From a virus (lineage: Duplodnaviria > Caudoviricetes), in IMG/VR virus record IMGVR_UViG_3300019890_000007, positions 1 through 46,300 of that record: a stretch of DNA of 46,300 nt; one strand, 5' to 3'. Every line of letters starts with the position of its first letter. Within the stretch, counting starts at the first letter, position 1. Below are positions 10,220 through 21,752 of the stretch, piece by piece. Below the pieces are notes generated by a model. The model saw only the letters and a program-made list of their open reading frames with translations. It did no database searches and was not told the DNA's origin. The translations under genes and the position numbers were made by a program.

Positions 10220-10882
10220 ATGGCAACATTTAAAGATAAAGTTCGTTCATTAGACTCTTTACGAGTCGCAGCAACAGGTAATAATGGTCAAGATGCAATA
10301 GATTCTATCATAATCTCTCCTGTAGCTAATACCGCAGCAGCAGACATTGTGACTATCACTAACGCTGCATTCGGTCAAGCTACTACGCTTACAATTCCTG
10401 ATCCAGCAACAGCATCCGCTTCGTTTGTCTTGTCCTCTGGTACTTATTCACCTAATCTGACTCAAGTAGCTGTCACACTGACTCCTGCTCAAGTCATAGC
10501 ATCTTATGCTACCCCAATTGTCTTAGTAGCTGCTCCAGGTGCTACGAAGATGTTGAGAGTATCAGCGGCTAATGTCTACACAGCTAGTACAGGTCATACA
10601 GCCTTTACGACTGGTGTAGGTCCAATCATTCAGTATAGTACGGGTGTTACTACTAATGGTGCTCACGGTGCAGGTACTATCGCTACAGGTGCAGGATTAG
10701 TAGAAGGTGATATTACAGCAGCTGCAAGTCAAGTAAGGACATTAGGTCCTGCTGCGAGTGCTGTCTATACAGCTACTTCTAACCTAGCCTTAACGTTCAG
10801 TTGTACTACGGCTTTTGCTGCAGGTACAGGTACTAATGTGACTATTACGTTAGTATATGAAACATTGACAGCTACGGTGTAA
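10220..10882 (+). CDS. virion structural protein
   Basis: T/A/G-rich; RBS AAGGTG; structural module. Confidence 0.65.
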   Translation: MATFKDKVRSLDSLRVAATGNNGQDAIDSIIISPVANTAAADIVTITNAAFGQATTLTIPDPATASASFVLSSGTYSPNLTQVAVTLTPAQVIASYATPIVLVAAPGATKMLRVSAANVYTASTGHTAFTTGVGPIIQYSTGVTTNGAHGAGTIATGAGLVEGDITAAASQVRTLGPAASAVYTATSNLALTFSCTTAFAAGTGTNVTITLVYETLTATV

Positions 10883-10894
10883 TCGAAAACATCT

Positions 10895-10919
10895 TGAGGG
10901 AGGATGTAAAAGTCCCTCA
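10895..10919 (+). terminator. intergenic stem-loop
   Basis: TGAGGGA-11 nt-TCCCTCA. Confidence 0.45.
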
Positions 10920-10953
10920 CTAATTTAATACATTCGCAATTCGCGAATCAAGA

Positions 10954-11364
10954 ATGGGGTTTAAAATGGCAGACGTAGTCGCAGTACAAACGATATTCGC
11001 AGGTACAGACAAGGTAACAATACATTTGACCAATATCAGTGATGGTACTGGGGAAAGTGCAGTAAAGAAGCTAGACATTTCTACATTGAAGTGTGCTAAT
11101 GGACGTGCTCCTACTAAACTGAGTCTATGGGAAGTAGAAGGATTGTGTGCAGTAATGACAGTCAAAATCTACTCTAACTTTGGTACGACTCCTCTGACAT
11201 GGTCTGTCTTAGGCGGGACACCTATTCATATCTGTTATGCAAACGTAGGCGGTCTAGTTGATACAGGCACAGGTACAGGTGATGGTAGCGTCTTGTTGAC
11301 GACTACAGGTCATACGTCCGCTGCTAGATATGATCTTAAACTGACCTTCAGAATGATTCCTTAA
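10954..11364 (+). CDS. hypothetical structural protein; likely start at MADVV
   Basis: ORF track; structural module. Confidence 0.65.
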   Translation: MGFKMADVVAVQTIFAGTDKVTIHLTNISDGTGESAVKKLDISTLKCANGRAPTKLSLWEVEGLCAVMTVKIYSNFGTTPLTWSVLGGTPIHICYANVGGLVDTGTGTGDGSVLLTTTGHTSAARYDLKLTFRMIP

Positions 11365-11374
11365 TAGAGGTCTT

Positions 11375-12649
11375 ATGACAGCTCTTACAAATCAGAAAAT
11401 ACAGACCTCATACCAAGACCTGATCCAAGTCAGTAATTCAGGTCTAGGCATTGATGCGACTCTAAGAGCCGTATCAAGTGGTCTAGGAACAGCTTCACCA
11501 TTACAACTGAGTACTACTACTGCTAATATTCAAGGTACTTTTAAAGTAAACGGTGTTACTCTTGCTTTTGGTAGTAATGCTCTTACATGGGTTACTACAG
11601 GCATTACGACTCTTACTCTTCCTACTACTGGGACACTGGCTACATTAGCAGGTGCTGAGACACTTACTAATAAGACTATCACAGCTCCTATTATAGCAAC
11701 TATATCTAATACTGGTGTCTTGACTCTTCCTACGAGCACAGATACGTTAGTAGGTCGTGCTACTACTGACACTCTTACTAATAAAACTCTGACTAGCCCT
11801 ACAATAAATAGTCCTACAATAAATAGCCCTACATTGACAGCTCCTGTGCTAGGTACTCCAGCATCTGGTGTTGCTACAAATCTTACTGGATTACCTCTTA
11901 CAACTGGTGTGACTGGTATCTTAGCAGGTACTAATGGCGGTACAGGAGTCAATAACTCTACTAATACTCTGACTTATGGTGCTAATTGGACTTTACCTAG
12001 TGCGTCTACATTAGGTCAGCATCTTCGTACTGGTAGCAGTGCTAGTACATTAGTCAATAAAACAGCTATTCATTTTGAGAATATTGTAGTCTATACGACA
12101 GGTGCTAATACCTTTACTGTTCCTAATGACGTGACTCTAGTCAAAGTCAGGATGTGGGGTGCAGGTGGTGGAGCTGCTGGTGTGGCTACTAATGCGGGAG
12201 GCTCTGGTGCAGGGGGCGCATATCTTGAAAAATATCTTACTGTAGTCTACGGCAATGATCTGACTTGTACTGTTGGTGCAGGTGGTACGGGTGGTAATTC
12301 TGGTAGCGGGACAAATGGAGGTTCTTCTACTATTACTGGGACAGCTATTACTACATTGACAGCAGGTGGCGGAACTGGAGGAACTAACGGGTCTCCTAGT
12401 GCTCCAGCAGCTGGTGGTACTGCGACTAATGGTGATGTCAATATGAACGGAGGTACTGGTGGTTCGGGTGTGGGTACAAATGCTTGGATTGCTACAAGTG
12501 GTGGTAACTCTCCTATGGGGGGTACTGGTGGTGGGGGTTCTGCTAATACTACTACAGTCAATGGGTCTGTTCCAGGAGGTGGCGGTGGTGCAGGCATTAA
12601 CGCTATTGGCGCAGCTGGCGCAGCTGGCATGATAATAATCGAGTACTAA
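11375..12649 (+). CDS. tail fibre-like protein with glycine-rich C-terminal domain
   Basis: TLTNKT repeats; VRMWGAGGG...[10 protein letters not shown] glycine-rich domain. Confidence 0.75.
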   Translation: MTALTNQKIQTSYQDLIQVSNSGLGIDATLRAVSSGLGTASPLQLSTTTANIQGTFKVNGVTLAFGSNALTWVTTGITTLTLPTTGTLATLAGAETLTNKTITAPIIATISNTGVLTLPTSTDTLVGRATTDTLTNKTLTSPTINSPTINSPTLTAPVLGTPASGVATNLTGLPLTTGVTGILAGTNGGTGVNNSTNTLTYGANWTLPSASTLGQHLRTGSSASTLVNKTAIHFENIVVYTTGANTFTVPNDVTLVKVRMWGAGGGAAGVATNAGGSGAGGAYLEKYLTVVYGNDLTCTVGAGGTGGNSGSGTNGGSSTITGTAITTLTAGGGTGGTNGSPSAPAAGGTATNGDVNMNGGTGGSGVGTNAWIATSGGNSPMGGTGGGGSANTTTVNGSVPGGGGGAGINAIGAAGAAGMIIIEY

Positions 12650-12650
12650 T

Positions 12651-13016
12651 ATGACAGATGTCAATCACAATCAATTAGGTGATCACTGGTACACATGTGA
12701 CGTCTGTGGTCAGAAAACATGGTTCTCAGACAGTCGAATGACATGGGATGGTTTTCTAGCATGTGTGAGTAGAGGATGTTGGTATCCTAAACATGCAGCA
12801 GATATTCCAGGACCAGTCACAGCAGATCCTTATGCACTGACTTCTGAGACTATAAGACCTAATACAAATAATCTGTACAAAGCTCCTACGGGTATAAGCA
12901 GTTGGTCACATATACTACCTCCTTATGATCAACTGACATGGTCTCAGTTAGTCCTAGAATGGGCTAGTTTCGATGATGGTACAAGTTGGTATACGAACGA
13001 TCAATCAGGACTTTAA
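12651..13016 (+). CDS. hypothetical protein with CDVC motif
   Basis: ORF track; tightly coupled to its neighbours. Confidence 0.65.
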   Translation: MTDVNHNQLGDHWYTCDVCGQKTWFSDSRMTWDGFLACVSRGCWYPKHAADIPGPVTADPYALTSETIRPNTNNLYKAPTGISSWSHILPPYDQLTWSQLVLEWASFDDGTSWYTNDQSGL

Positions 13017-13018
13017 TA

Positions 13019-13768
13019 ATGACAGCACAAAATTTAAATATAAGTGGTGATGTATCCTTTAATCAAAATGAAGGTCAGATCATTGCTGATGCATTACAGA
13101 TGTTAGGTGTATTAGGTGGTGGGGTCAGTACTAGTACTAATGACATGAACTTCTGTAGTAATATGCTAAATAAAATGATAAAGAGTTGGCAGACACAAGG
13201 TATTCAGTTGTTTACTGAGACTGAGGCTGTTATTCCCTTGACTGCTGCTGTGTCGATTTATGCACTAAGTGCTACGGGTATAGAACAATCAACCTATCCT
13301 GAGCTGACAGTAGCAGGACGACCCCTCAACATAAATTCTTTACGTTATCAATACTATCAAGGTAGTGAAATAAGACTAAAGAAGTTCGGTCGTGCTCAGT
13401 TCATGGAAGTGCCTAATAAGACTACTGGGGGTCCTAGTACGTGTTACTATTTCAGCCCTCAAGACACATACGGATTACTCTATCTATGGCCAGTTCCAGA
13501 TAATGCTTTAGACACTATTAATATATCATATACACGAGTCGTCCAATCAATGGATTCTTCGACTAATACACCTGATCTACCAGTAGAAGCCTTACATTGT
13601 ATTACGCTCAATCTAGCTTGTCTTGTAGCTCCTGCATTCGGTATTAGTCTTCAAAAGACTATGCCTGAGTTACCAGAGATGGCTAAACTAGCACTAGCAG
13701 AATTGAAGTCATGGGATAGTGAGGAAGGTAGTGTATTCATAGTACCTGATTACAGATGGGATAGATAA
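13019..13768 (+). CDS. putative head-tail adaptor / tail tubular protein
   Basis: IIADALQMLGV N-terminus and LYLWPVPD motif; upstream of the tail hub; start placed at MTAQ after AGGA. Confidence 0.65.
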   Translation: MTAQNLNISGDVSFNQNEGQIIADALQMLGVLGGGVSTSTNDMNFCSNMLNKMIKSWQTQGIQLFTETEAVIPLTAAVSIYALSATGIEQSTYPELTVAGRPLNINSLRYQYYQGSEIRLKKFGRAQFMEVPNKTTGGPSTCYYFSPQDTYGLLYLWPVPDNALDTINISYTRVVQSMDSSTNTPDLPVEALHCITLNLACLVAPAFGISLQKTMPELPEMAKLALAELKSWDSEEGSVFIVPDYRWDR

Positions 13769-15219
13769 TGCAAATTAATTTATTAAATGAATACTTTGTC
13801 AACCGATCTCAGGATAATAATGCGACTAGGTTAGTCAATTGGTATTTAGAAATAGAAAATCCAGCAGTAATGAAATCCTATGATCTAGGTGGATTGAAAG
13901 GTCAACAAGGTAAATATAAAGTCATAGCTATTCCTACACCAGGTAAGACATTATGGAGTACGTCTGTAAGTGGTAATAAAGTCAGATGTGCTATTACTAA
14001 CCAAGGAATACCTTATAACGTCATAGACGGACATTTATACAGTTTTGCAAGTAATGGGGTCGCTACTCAGTTAGGCGCATTAAATACGTCTACTGGTTTT
14101 GCTAGAATTGCGAGTATAGGAACTCAGATTGGTATAGTAGACGGTCTAAAAGTCTATATATGGACTATAGCTACTAGTACGTGGACAGTAGTGAGTGATG
14201 TCAATGTCCCGACTACACCTACTTATATCACAGCACAAGACGGTGCTTTTCTAGTGACTAATGCTAATAGTATTCAAATAAATGAGTCTGTCATCGGTGA
14301 TGGGACTAACTGGACAAACATAACAAGTCTACCTTCATTTGCACAGAAACAAGGTGCAGGTGATAATATAGCAGCGTTAATATCTAACGAACGTTTCGTA
14401 TGGATATTAGGTACTCAGACAAGTGAAGTCTGGTATAACACAGGAGCAGCTAATTTTAACTTCGGTCCGTATCCTAATGCATTCATGGAATATGGATGTG
14501 CTGCGACTGACAGTCTAGCTAAGGGTGATAATAACATCCTATTCGTAGCTCAGAGTATTGCTGGTGGTCTATATGTAGTCATGAGTAGCGGTCTGAGCAT
14601 AACACCTATATCGAATCCTGCTATCAGTTATCAAATGTCGTTGATGTCCACAGTAAGTGACGCCATAGGTTATACATATCAGACTAGTGGTCATATGTTC
14701 TATGTCCTGACGTTTCCTACTGGAGGTAAGACGTTTGTGTATGACCTGACACAGAAACTGTGGCATGAAAGACAGTCTACAGTCAGTGGAGTACAACAAC
14801 AAGACATTGGTAATACGCATTGCTTTGCTTATGGTAAGAGTCTTATAGGTGATTCAACTACAGGCAATGTCTATTATTTGGATGAGACTAATTTTCAAGA
14901 AAATGGAACAGCTATACAAAGAACTATTGTCACACCTCCTGCTTATAATGAAGGTAAGAAAATATACGTAGACAAACTTCAAATTGATACAGAGACTGGT
15001 ATAGGATCTAATCTGACTATGAATGTCAATATTAGTTACGACTCAGGTTACACATTCACTAATCAATTGACTGGTACTATTCCACAGAACGGTGGACGTA
15101 TGTTCTGGAGACGTCTAGGTTATACCCAGAACGGAATATGTATACAACTCCAGACTACAATGAATGCTAATTGTATACTAATAGGCGCTACAGCAGAAGT
15201 CAGACAAGGGGATAATTAA
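13768..15219 (+). CDS. tail hub / packaged-DNA stabilization protein (P22 gp10-like)
   Basis: GTQTSEVWYNTG, YGCAATDS, GHMFYVLTFP, TFVYD...WHER and WRRLG motifs. Confidence 0.85.
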   Translation: MQINLLNEYFVNRSQDNNATRLVNWYLEIENPAVMKSYDLGGLKGQQGKYKVIAIPTPGKTLWSTSVSGNKVRCAITNQGIPYNVIDGHLYSFASNGVATQLGALNTSTGFARIASIGTQIGIVDGLKVYIWTIATSTWTVVSDVNVPTTPTYITAQDGAFLVTNANSIQINESVIGDGTNWTNITSLPSFAQKQGAGDNIAALISNERFVWILGTQTSEVWYNTGAANFNFGPYPNAFMEYGCAATDSLAKGDNNILFVAQSIAGGLYVVMSSGLSITPISNPAISYQMSLMSTVSDAIGYTYQTSGHMFYVLTFPTGGKTFVYDLTQKLWHERQSTVSGVQQQDIGNTHCFAYGKSLIGDSTTGNVYYLDETNFQENGTAIQRTIVTPPAYNEGKKIYVDKLQIDTETGIGSNLTMNVNISYDSGYTFTNQLTGTIPQNGGRMFWRRLGYTQNGICIQLQTTMNANCILIGATAEVRQGDN

Positions 15220-16802
15220 TGTCATTGCCTCCACAACCCCTAAATTCTCCGTCTAATACACCTGATGGGAAGACTACTGTCATATGGAGTGGTTATCAGA
15301 ATGCAATAGCTAAGGCCGCCTTGTCTTATGCTCCTGATAATGCTACTTACGTAGTAAATACACCAAACGCTTTATTAACTAATGCTCAAGCATTAAGTGG
15401 TCTGTCAAGTGGTTTTGTAAAAGTAACAGTCAATAGTGGTGTTCTGTCTAGTACAGGTAATACTAAAATTCAACCTGCTGATTTAGCTAATACAGCAGTC
15501 ACACTAGGAAACTATGGAAGTGCTACACAAGTTCCTACGTATACGGTAGACGCTCAAGGCAGACTTACAGCCGCAGCTAATGTGACAATCAGTGGTGTAG
15601 CTCCTGGTGGAAGTGCTGGTGGTGATCTTACAGGTACTTATCCTAATCCTAATGTAGTCAAGGTTAACGGAAGAGATTTAAGTGCGTTAAGTGCTGCTAA
15701 TGCGACTTCTTTACTTGCTCTAGCAGGTACTAATACAGGTGATCAGACTACGGTCAGCGGTAATGCAGGCAGTGCTACTCTTACTGCTACTACGGATGAT
15801 ACGACTACTAATGCAACAATGTATCCTGTATGGAAAACAACTACTACAGGTAATCTGGCTGAGAAGGTCAGTAGTACTAAACTAACATTTAATCCTAGTA
15901 CAGCTACTCTGACGACTACTACATTCAGTGGTGCTCTGAGTGGTAATGCTACTACGAGTACTAATACGACAGGTAATGCAGCGACTGTCACTACTAATGC
16001 TAATCTTACGGGTGTTATTACATCTAGTGGTAACGCGACCAGCATAGCTAGTCAGACTGGTACAGGTACGAAATTTGTAGTGGACACTAGTCCTACATTG
16101 GTTACTCCTTTATTAGGGACGCCAACTAGTGGTACATTGACTAACTGTACAGGTTATACAGATGCTAATTTATCGACTAGTGATATTACTACTAATAACG
16201 CTACAACATCTAAACATGGTTTTTTAAAGAAACTGAATAACGATGCTACAACTTTCATGGACGGTACTGGTAATTACTCAACACCTGCTGGAAGCGGTAC
16301 AGTTAATAGTGGTACAGCAGGGCAAGTTGCGTATTATGCTAGTAGTACCGCTGCTGTCAGTGGTGGGACATTAAGTAATATAGTAGGTGTGACTGATGCA
16401 AGTACTTCAGGTGCTGGTAAAGTTGGTGAAGTGATTTCTAGTTACATTGTAGAAGCTTCTGGCGTTAACCCAAGTTCTAATACTGCAACAAATATAACAT
16501 CTATTAGTCTTACCGCAGGTGATTGGGATGTAGTTGGTCAGGTTGAACTTTTACAAGATTCTGTAGGGTTTTCCTCATGTCTTGGTTGGACGAGCGTATC
16601 ATCAGCAACTCAACCAGATGATAGTCGATTATCAGGTCTAAACCAAGGTTCTGCATCTGGTATGTCTTTTTGGGCTGTACCGACACCTTATTTAAGAGTA
16701 AATGTATCTAGTACTACGTCTGTTTATTTAAGTTGTAAGGCTGTGTTTTCTATGGGTACTACAACTGCAGCAGGATTTATTTCAGCAAGGAGAGTACGAT
16801 GA
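15219..16802 (+). CDS. tail fibre protein
   Basis: TVDAQGRLTAA, AGGDLTGTYPNP, and C-terminal GKVGEVISS...SISLTAGDWDV. Confidence 0.8.
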   Translation: MSLPPQPLNSPSNTPDGKTTVIWSGYQNAIAKAALSYAPDNATYVVNTPNALLTNAQALSGLSSGFVKVTVNSGVLSSTGNTKIQPADLANTAVTLGNYGSATQVPTYTVDAQGRLTAAANVTISGVAPGGSAGGDLTGTYPNPNVVKVNGRDLSALSAANATSLLALAGTNTGDQTTVSGNAGSATLTATTDDTTTNATMYPVWKTTTTGNLAEKVSSTKLTFNPSTATLTTTTFSGALSGNATTSTNTTGNAATVTTNANLTGVITSSGNATSIASQTGTGTKFVVDTSPTLVTPLLGTPTSGTLTNCTGYTDANLSTSDITTNNATTSKHGFLKKLNNDATTFMDGTGNYSTPAGSGTVNSGTAGQVAYYASSTAAVSGGTLSNIVGVTDASTSGAGKVGEVISSYIVEASGVNPSSNTATNITSISLTAGDWDVVGQVELLQDSVGFSSCLGWTSVSSATQPDDSRLSGLNQGSASGMSFWAVPTPYLRVNVSSTTSVYLSCKAVFSMGTTTAAGFISARRVR

Positions 16803-16957
16803 TTTATTCTTATGAACCTAATCTGACTACTTATAATAATATAACCCATACTATCTTATATAATTGGATTATCTATCCAATGTTAAATGGTGCTCCACGA
16901 ACCTTTCAAGGCACTGAAACACAATTACAAAATTATTTAAATACATTACCTCAGTAG
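16799..16957 (+). CDS. hypothetical 52-aa protein
   Basis: ATGA overlap with the tail fibre stop; RBS AGGAG; MIYSYEPN... Confidence 0.55.
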   Translation: MIYSYEPNLTTYNNITHTILYNWIIYPMLNGAPRTFQGTETQLQNYLNTLPQ

Positions 16958-16962
16958 GTATT

Positions 16963-17412
16963 ATGGTATATCAGACATATAACAGACAATTAATAGAATA
17001 TATTCTGACTGATCCTAGATTATATAAGGCAGCAGGTGCTGCATGCCTCATACCTGATTTTAAAGCAGACATGTCATTCACCTATCTAGTCATAGAACGA
17101 GATCATAAAATTGTAGGATGCTTCCAGTATCGGCAAGTATCTGACCGATTAATAGAATGTCATATTAACATAATGTCTAGTCATTGGGGTATTAAAGACC
17201 TGAGTCAGGATGCCTTAATAGAATCATTTGACTGGATCAGACACAATACAAATTATTACGTAGCTATGACAGATGTTCCTACATGCTGCGAACAAGTAAA
17301 AAATTTATTAGAGAAATTACAGGCGAGAGTCTGTGGGTTAATACCAGAAGGATGTACATACAAAGGACAGGTTCAGGACTTATTATTATACACCTACAAA
17401 ATACGAGACTAA
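16963..17412 (+). CDS. GNAT-fold virion assembly protein (DUF2824 / T7 gp13-like)
   Basis: IECHINIMSSHWG motif; placed before ejection proteins as in podoviruses. Confidence 0.65.
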   Translation: MVYQTYNRQLIEYILTDPRLYKAAGAACLIPDFKADMSFTYLVIERDHKIVGCFQYRQVSDRLIECHINIMSSHWGIKDLSQDALIESFDWIRHNTNYYVAMTDVPTCCEQVKNLLEKLQARVCGLIPEGCTYKGQVQDLLLYTYKIRD

Positions 17413-17413
17413 T

Positions 17414-18640
17414 ATGCGACAATACGTCATTGATAGACATGAATCTACATCTTTCCGAGACACACATCTTCGATCTTATTTAGGTGGAGGAAGTAGTGGA
17501 GCTCAGACAGGTGGTACAGTAGTCAGTCAAGTCAGTCCAGGTGCTGCTATGCAGGCTGGACAGATGCAGGCTCAGGCTGCTCAACAAGCTAGTCAACAGT
17601 ATTCATATCAGATTAATCAGGCTATGAATCAGTTGAATAATCAATATCAAGCTGCTAGTGCTTCATTAAATCCTACTAGTCAAGCTGGTATGCAAGCATT
17701 GGATCAACTCAATCAGTATATAGGATTAAGTCCTCAGAGTATTGCTAATCCAGGTATGATGCCTGCAGCTCCTACCTTAGATTCAATTGCTTCGGGTCTG
17801 ACTCGTGATCAAGTCATGGGTTATATCCGAGACAATACTAATCAGACTACTTTTAATCCTTATGAAGGTAAATCAGATACAGCGTATAATTACTACGGTA
17901 ATGGTGCTAATACTACTCCTGATCAACCTAATCAACCTTATTCTAACCAAGCATTGTTCGGTGCAGGTAACATAGCATTTAATAGTAATGGCGGATTACA
18001 GAATTTATACAATAATGATCAAGTCCAACAAGGTGCTCGACAAGGTCTTGCTCAAGACATGTTGCCTGAACAACAGACTTTATACAATCAGAATTTAAAT
18101 ACTTATAACCAACAACTAGCTAATTATAATCAAGATCAAGGCTGGATGTCACAATACGGTACCCCTCTGACTTCACAACAAGTGACTGACAGGATTACTA
18201 ATCTCCCTGGTTATCAAGCACAAGAAAATGCAGGTGTAGATGCAATTGGTCGTTCATCTAGTGCTAACGGTCAATTGAACTCAAGTGGTATGCTAGCTAA
18301 TCTGATGAACTTCGGTCAGAACCAGATGAGTACTTATTATAACAATACTCTTAGTCAATTAGCTCAGATAGCAGGTATGGGTCAACAGTCTACTAACAAT
18401 CAAGCTAATCTTTCAACTTCACTTGGTAATAATACTGCATCACTCTTAGGCGATCTAGGCAATCAACAAGGTAATGCTACACTTGCTGCTGCTAATGCCA
18501 GAGCTAATGCCTTGACTACGGCTAATACTAATTACAATATTATAGGACAACAAGACTCAGGATCTAATAATGGCGGTCTAGGTAGTCTATTAGGTAGTGC
18601 TGCGTCTTTAGCAAGCGGACTTTCAGGTTTATTCGGTTAA
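17414..18640 (+). CDS. DNA ejection / internal virion protein (P22 gp7-like)
   Basis: Q/N/G/A-rich; PGYQ...SSANGQLNSSG motif; amphipathic Gly-rich C-terminus. Confidence 0.7.
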   Translation: MRQYVIDRHESTSFRDTHLRSYLGGGSSGAQTGGTVVSQVSPGAAMQAGQMQAQAAQQASQQYSYQINQAMNQLNNQYQAASASLNPTSQAGMQALDQLNQYIGLSPQSIANPGMMPAAPTLDSIASGLTRDQVMGYIRDNTNQTTFNPYEGKSDTAYNYYGNGANTTPDQPNQPYSNQALFGAGNIAFNSNGGLQNLYNNDQVQQGARQGLAQDMLPEQQTLYNQNLNTYNQQLANYNQDQGWMSQYGTPLTSQQVTDRITNLPGYQAQENAGVDAIGRSSSANGQLNSSGMLANLMNFGQNQMSTYYNNTLSQLAQIAGMGQQSTNNQANLSTSLGNNTASLLGDLGNQQGNATLAAANARANALTTANTNYNIIGQQDSGSNNGGLGSLLGSAASLASGLSGLFG

Positions 18641-18649
18641 GAGGATATT

Positions 18650-19882
18650 ATGCCAGATTACAGTTTATTAAATGCTCAAGATGCAGCTATTCCCCGTCCT
18701 CAAGTAATAGGACAACGTCCAATATATCTTCCTCCTAGTGGGTTAAATACATTAGCGAGTGGATTAGCTCAAGGACTACAACAAGGTCAGCAGATGAATG
18801 TTGACAGGCAACGTGCTGCTATCATGCAGCAACAAGCTAATGTACAACAACAGATGGCTCCTAGTCAGATAGCTTTATCTCAAGCACAGGCTCAAGAAGC
18901 TCAGACTAGAGCCGCTCAACAACAATATAATATGAGTATGATGCAGCAACTGGCTCAAGCTCCTCAGGGTCAGCCACAAGCTCAGCCTATGCCTCAGCAA
19001 GCACAAGGATTAGCTAATATGGCGCAGCCTCAAGGCAATCCTCAACAAATGCCTCAAGCTGCTCCTCAACAACCTCAGTTGACTGCTGGTCAACAGGGTA
19101 GCAGTGATGCATATGATAATCACGTAGTCCAAGTCTATAAACAGATGGGACAACCTGACATGGCTCAAAAGTACCTAGAGTCTAAGCAAAATCTACTAAA
19201 GACTACTATTGCTAATGTCCAATCAGCTAAAGACATGTCTGAAAAAGAATTAACTACTAAGTTTGCACATCTACAAAAGTCAGGAAGTATTGGTTTTGCT
19301 CTGACTAAATTACCTGATGATCAAGCAGTCGCTCAATATAATGGTAAACAAGGACAGATAATGCGTAGTATAGATCCTGATAATGCTCCTAAAGCAGGTA
19401 GTGATCCTAAGGAAATTTTAGCTTATATACACGCTGCTGGTGGTGCACTGATGGCTAGTGCAGAGATGGTCAAGTCTAGTCCAGCTGTATTTGCTTCTGT
19501 CATACCCGATAAATCAGCGCAGAAAGACTTTGTCAAAGATGCTACTACGAAGAATACAGATTCAGGGGTAGAGAATGCACAGAACCTGTTGACAGAACGT
19601 GCTAAAGAATATCAAGACGCTATAGACAAATTCGGTGGTAACTCTAAAGAAGCTCAAGCTGCTAAGGAAAATCTAGATTCAGCACATGATAATGTGACTA
19701 AGACGACTACTCCAGGTATTGTACAATCCGTCACAGGAGCTGTTACCAAGGGCATAAGTAATGTACTATCAGGTGCAGGTAACCCATCTGCTTCAAGAAA
19801 TGCTTTAAAGTCTACACAACAACCTGTGAATGCACAAGGTAAAGTCTGGACGTACAATCCTAAATCAGGTAAATTGGAGTAA
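18650..19882 (+). CDS. internal virion / ejection protein
   Basis: Q-rich helical protein; RBS GAGGA; synteny. Confidence 0.6.
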   Translation: MPDYSLLNAQDAAIPRPQVIGQRPIYLPPSGLNTLASGLAQGLQQGQQMNVDRQRAAIMQQQANVQQQMAPSQIALSQAQAQEAQTRAAQQQYNMSMMQQLAQAPQGQPQAQPMPQQAQGLANMAQPQGNPQQMPQAAPQQPQLTAGQQGSSDAYDNHVVQVYKQMGQPDMAQKYLESKQNLLKTTIANVQSAKDMSEKELTTKFAHLQKSGSIGFALTKLPDDQAVAQYNGKQGQIMRSIDPDNAPKAGSDPKEILAYIHAAGGALMASAEMVKSSPAVFASVIPDKSAQKDFVKDATTKNTDSGVENAQNLLTERAKEYQDAIDKFGGNSKEAQAAKENLDSAHDNVTKTTTPGIVQSVTGAVTKGISNVLSGAGNPSASRNALKSTQQPVNAQGKVWTYNPKSGKLE

Positions 19883-19883
19883 T

Positions 19884-21752
19884 ATGCAAACAGTCAATCT
19901 TCCTAATGGTGATAGTGCTCAGTTCCCTGATACAATGTCTCCTAAAGACATAGAAGGGGTATTAAGTCAACATCCTGCTGCACAATCCTCTCCTACTATA
20001 ATGGACAGGGCTGTACAGGGTGCTGCTAGTATACCTGGAGTACAAGCAGTTGCTAATTTACTAGCTCCAGTGACCAGTCGTATTAACGCAGCAGGTACAG
20101 GTCTAGCACAAGGTGTCTCAGATTCTATAGGTGATATAGGAGGTCTAGCACATAATATACTCAATAGTATACCTGGAATTAAAGGTAGTGCTTTAGACAA
20201 AGGTATGACGTCTGCTGGACGAGCGTATGATACCGCTAGTCAGTCTATTAGTCAGAATCCTCAGATGCAAAACGCTATCGACCAACACCCCGCTTTATAT
20301 GGTCTAGGGGGAGGTATAGGCTATACTGCTGGTAATATGGTTGGGTTATCTCCTGTGACTACTCCTGCTACTAGATTATTAGAAGGAGCTGCTGGTAAAG
20401 TATTACCAAGTGCTCTAGGTAAAAGTGCATTAGCTAAAGGTGCTATTAGTCAAGGTGTATTAGGTGCAGGAATGGGTGCAGCAGCTAGTCCCGATGCCCC
20501 TGTACAAGGAGCTATTAAAGGAGGACTTGCAGGTGCAGGATTAGGCGCAGTAGGTGGCGTAATAGGACAGAAACTAAGTCGTACTGGGGACATAATCGAC
20601 TTCCAAGCAGAACATAATGAATCTGCAGGTATCATACCTGGATCAGTAGAAGATGTCAGTAGCATTATCAAATCATTGAAAGATGGTGGTGTTGATATGA
20701 CTAAATATAACGTTGCTAAGACAGTCAATAATCAGATAGCAGACAGAATAATGCAGTCAGGACCTATTCAGGACTTGAAGCAAGCTCCTGGTATTACTAT
20801 TACCAATCTAGCACAAGCTAATTTTAAAAATGTATCAGACAGAATTAATGCTGCTAAAGCGCCTTTGATTGCGTCCACACAACAATTTCCTACTACTAAC
20901 TATCAACAAGCAATCCAAGAAGTAGCGCCTCAGATTAAATCACCTTTGATTACTAAGAATCTTCCTGTAGTAAGTCAGAACATGTCTTTCGATGATCTAT
21001 GGAATAAGAGACAACAATTAGATTCTGTGATTAATGCTACTAAGATACAAGCAGTCAGTAAACCTTTTATAAAATCTAATCTGACTCCTTTGATTCAGAT
21101 GAGACAGGCTATGAGTAATGACCTAGAAGCTAGTGCTAACTCATTAGGTCTAGGAAAGAATTGGCAAGATGCTAATCAAATCTATCAACAAGAAAAACTA
21201 CCTTTCCAAGCATTCAGGACTAAGAGTGGTCAATTAGTAGACCAAGTAGACGTACAACAAGCACTTAAAAAAGTCAATACTTTATTAAATCCTAGAATCA
21301 GCCCTAATTTTGAAGAGTTGAACAAGGTATCAGCATCTTTAGGACCTGATGGACAGAAACTTATAAGTCAAGCTATGCTGACTAATTTTTATAAGAAATC
21401 GGTAGACACTGAAGGTAATGTTAATCCTGTCACATTCTTTACACAAATAAGAAAAGCAGAGGCATCAGGACTGGACAGTAATCTATGGGGTTCAGATGCT
21501 AGACAAGCAGCTAATGGAATTAAGGAAATAATCAAAGGTAGTAAATTAGCTGGTAAAGTAGCTCCTGGAATAGATGAAGCTAAACAGATTAATATTAATC
21601 TAGTGCCTAATCTTATTGCTAGCCGTCCAGGTATTGCCTTATTAAGAATGCTAGGCAGTAGTAAGACACCACAATCTGTAATAAGAGACAGTGTACAAAA
21701 ACTTATTACTGGTGCAGTAGTTCAGAGCCAGGCTAATAATAAACAGCCGTAA
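19884..21752 (+). CDS. large internal virion / ejection protein
   Basis: start MQTVNLPNG after GGAG; G/A-rich membrane-like segments. Confidence 0.65.
   Translation: MQTVNLPNGDSAQFPDTMSPKDIEGVLSQHPAAQSSPTIMDRAVQGAASIPGVQAVANLLAPVTSRINAAGTGLAQGVSDSIGDIGGLAHNILNSIPGIKGSALDKGMTSAGRAYDTASQSISQNPQMQNAIDQHPALYGLGGGIGYTAGNMVGLSPVTTPATRLLEGAAGKVLPSALGKSALAKGAISQGVLGAGMGAAASPDAPVQGAIKGGLAGAGLGAVGGVIGQKLSRTGDIIDFQAEHNESAGIIPGSVEDVSSIIKSLKDGGVDMTKYNVAKTVNNQIADRIMQSGPIQDLKQAPGITITNLAQANFKNVSDRINAAKAPLIASTQQFPTTNYQQAIQEVAPQIKSPLITKNLPVVSQNMSFDDLWNKRQQLDSVINATKIQAVSKPFIKSNLTPLIQMRQAMSNDLEASANSLGLGKNWQDANQIYQQEKLPFQAFRTKSGQLVDQVDVQQALKKVNTLLNPRISPNFEELNKVSASLGPDGQKLISQAMLTNFYKKSVDTEGNVNPVTFFTQIRKAEASGLDSNLWGSDARQAANGIKEIIKGSKLAGKVAPGIDEAKQININLVPNLIASRPGIALLRMLGSSKTPQSVIRDSVQKLITGAVVQSQANNKQP

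Noticed and set aside
11796-11834. 15-bp tandem repeat
   Set aside because: It simply encodes the SPTIN peptide repeat of the fibre shaft.
11530-12664. Several long minus-strand ORFs opposite the tail fibre gene
   Set aside because: These are shadow ORFs of Thr/Gly-rich codons, with no RBS and low-complexity translations. The same applies to the other antisense ORFs, such as 9380-9694, 15743-16045 and 32787-33209.
11375-16802. Diversity-generating retroelement or invertible tail-fibre cassette
   Set aside because: There is no reverse transcriptase or invertase. The two fibres share only a short LGTP.SG..TN.TG peptide motif.
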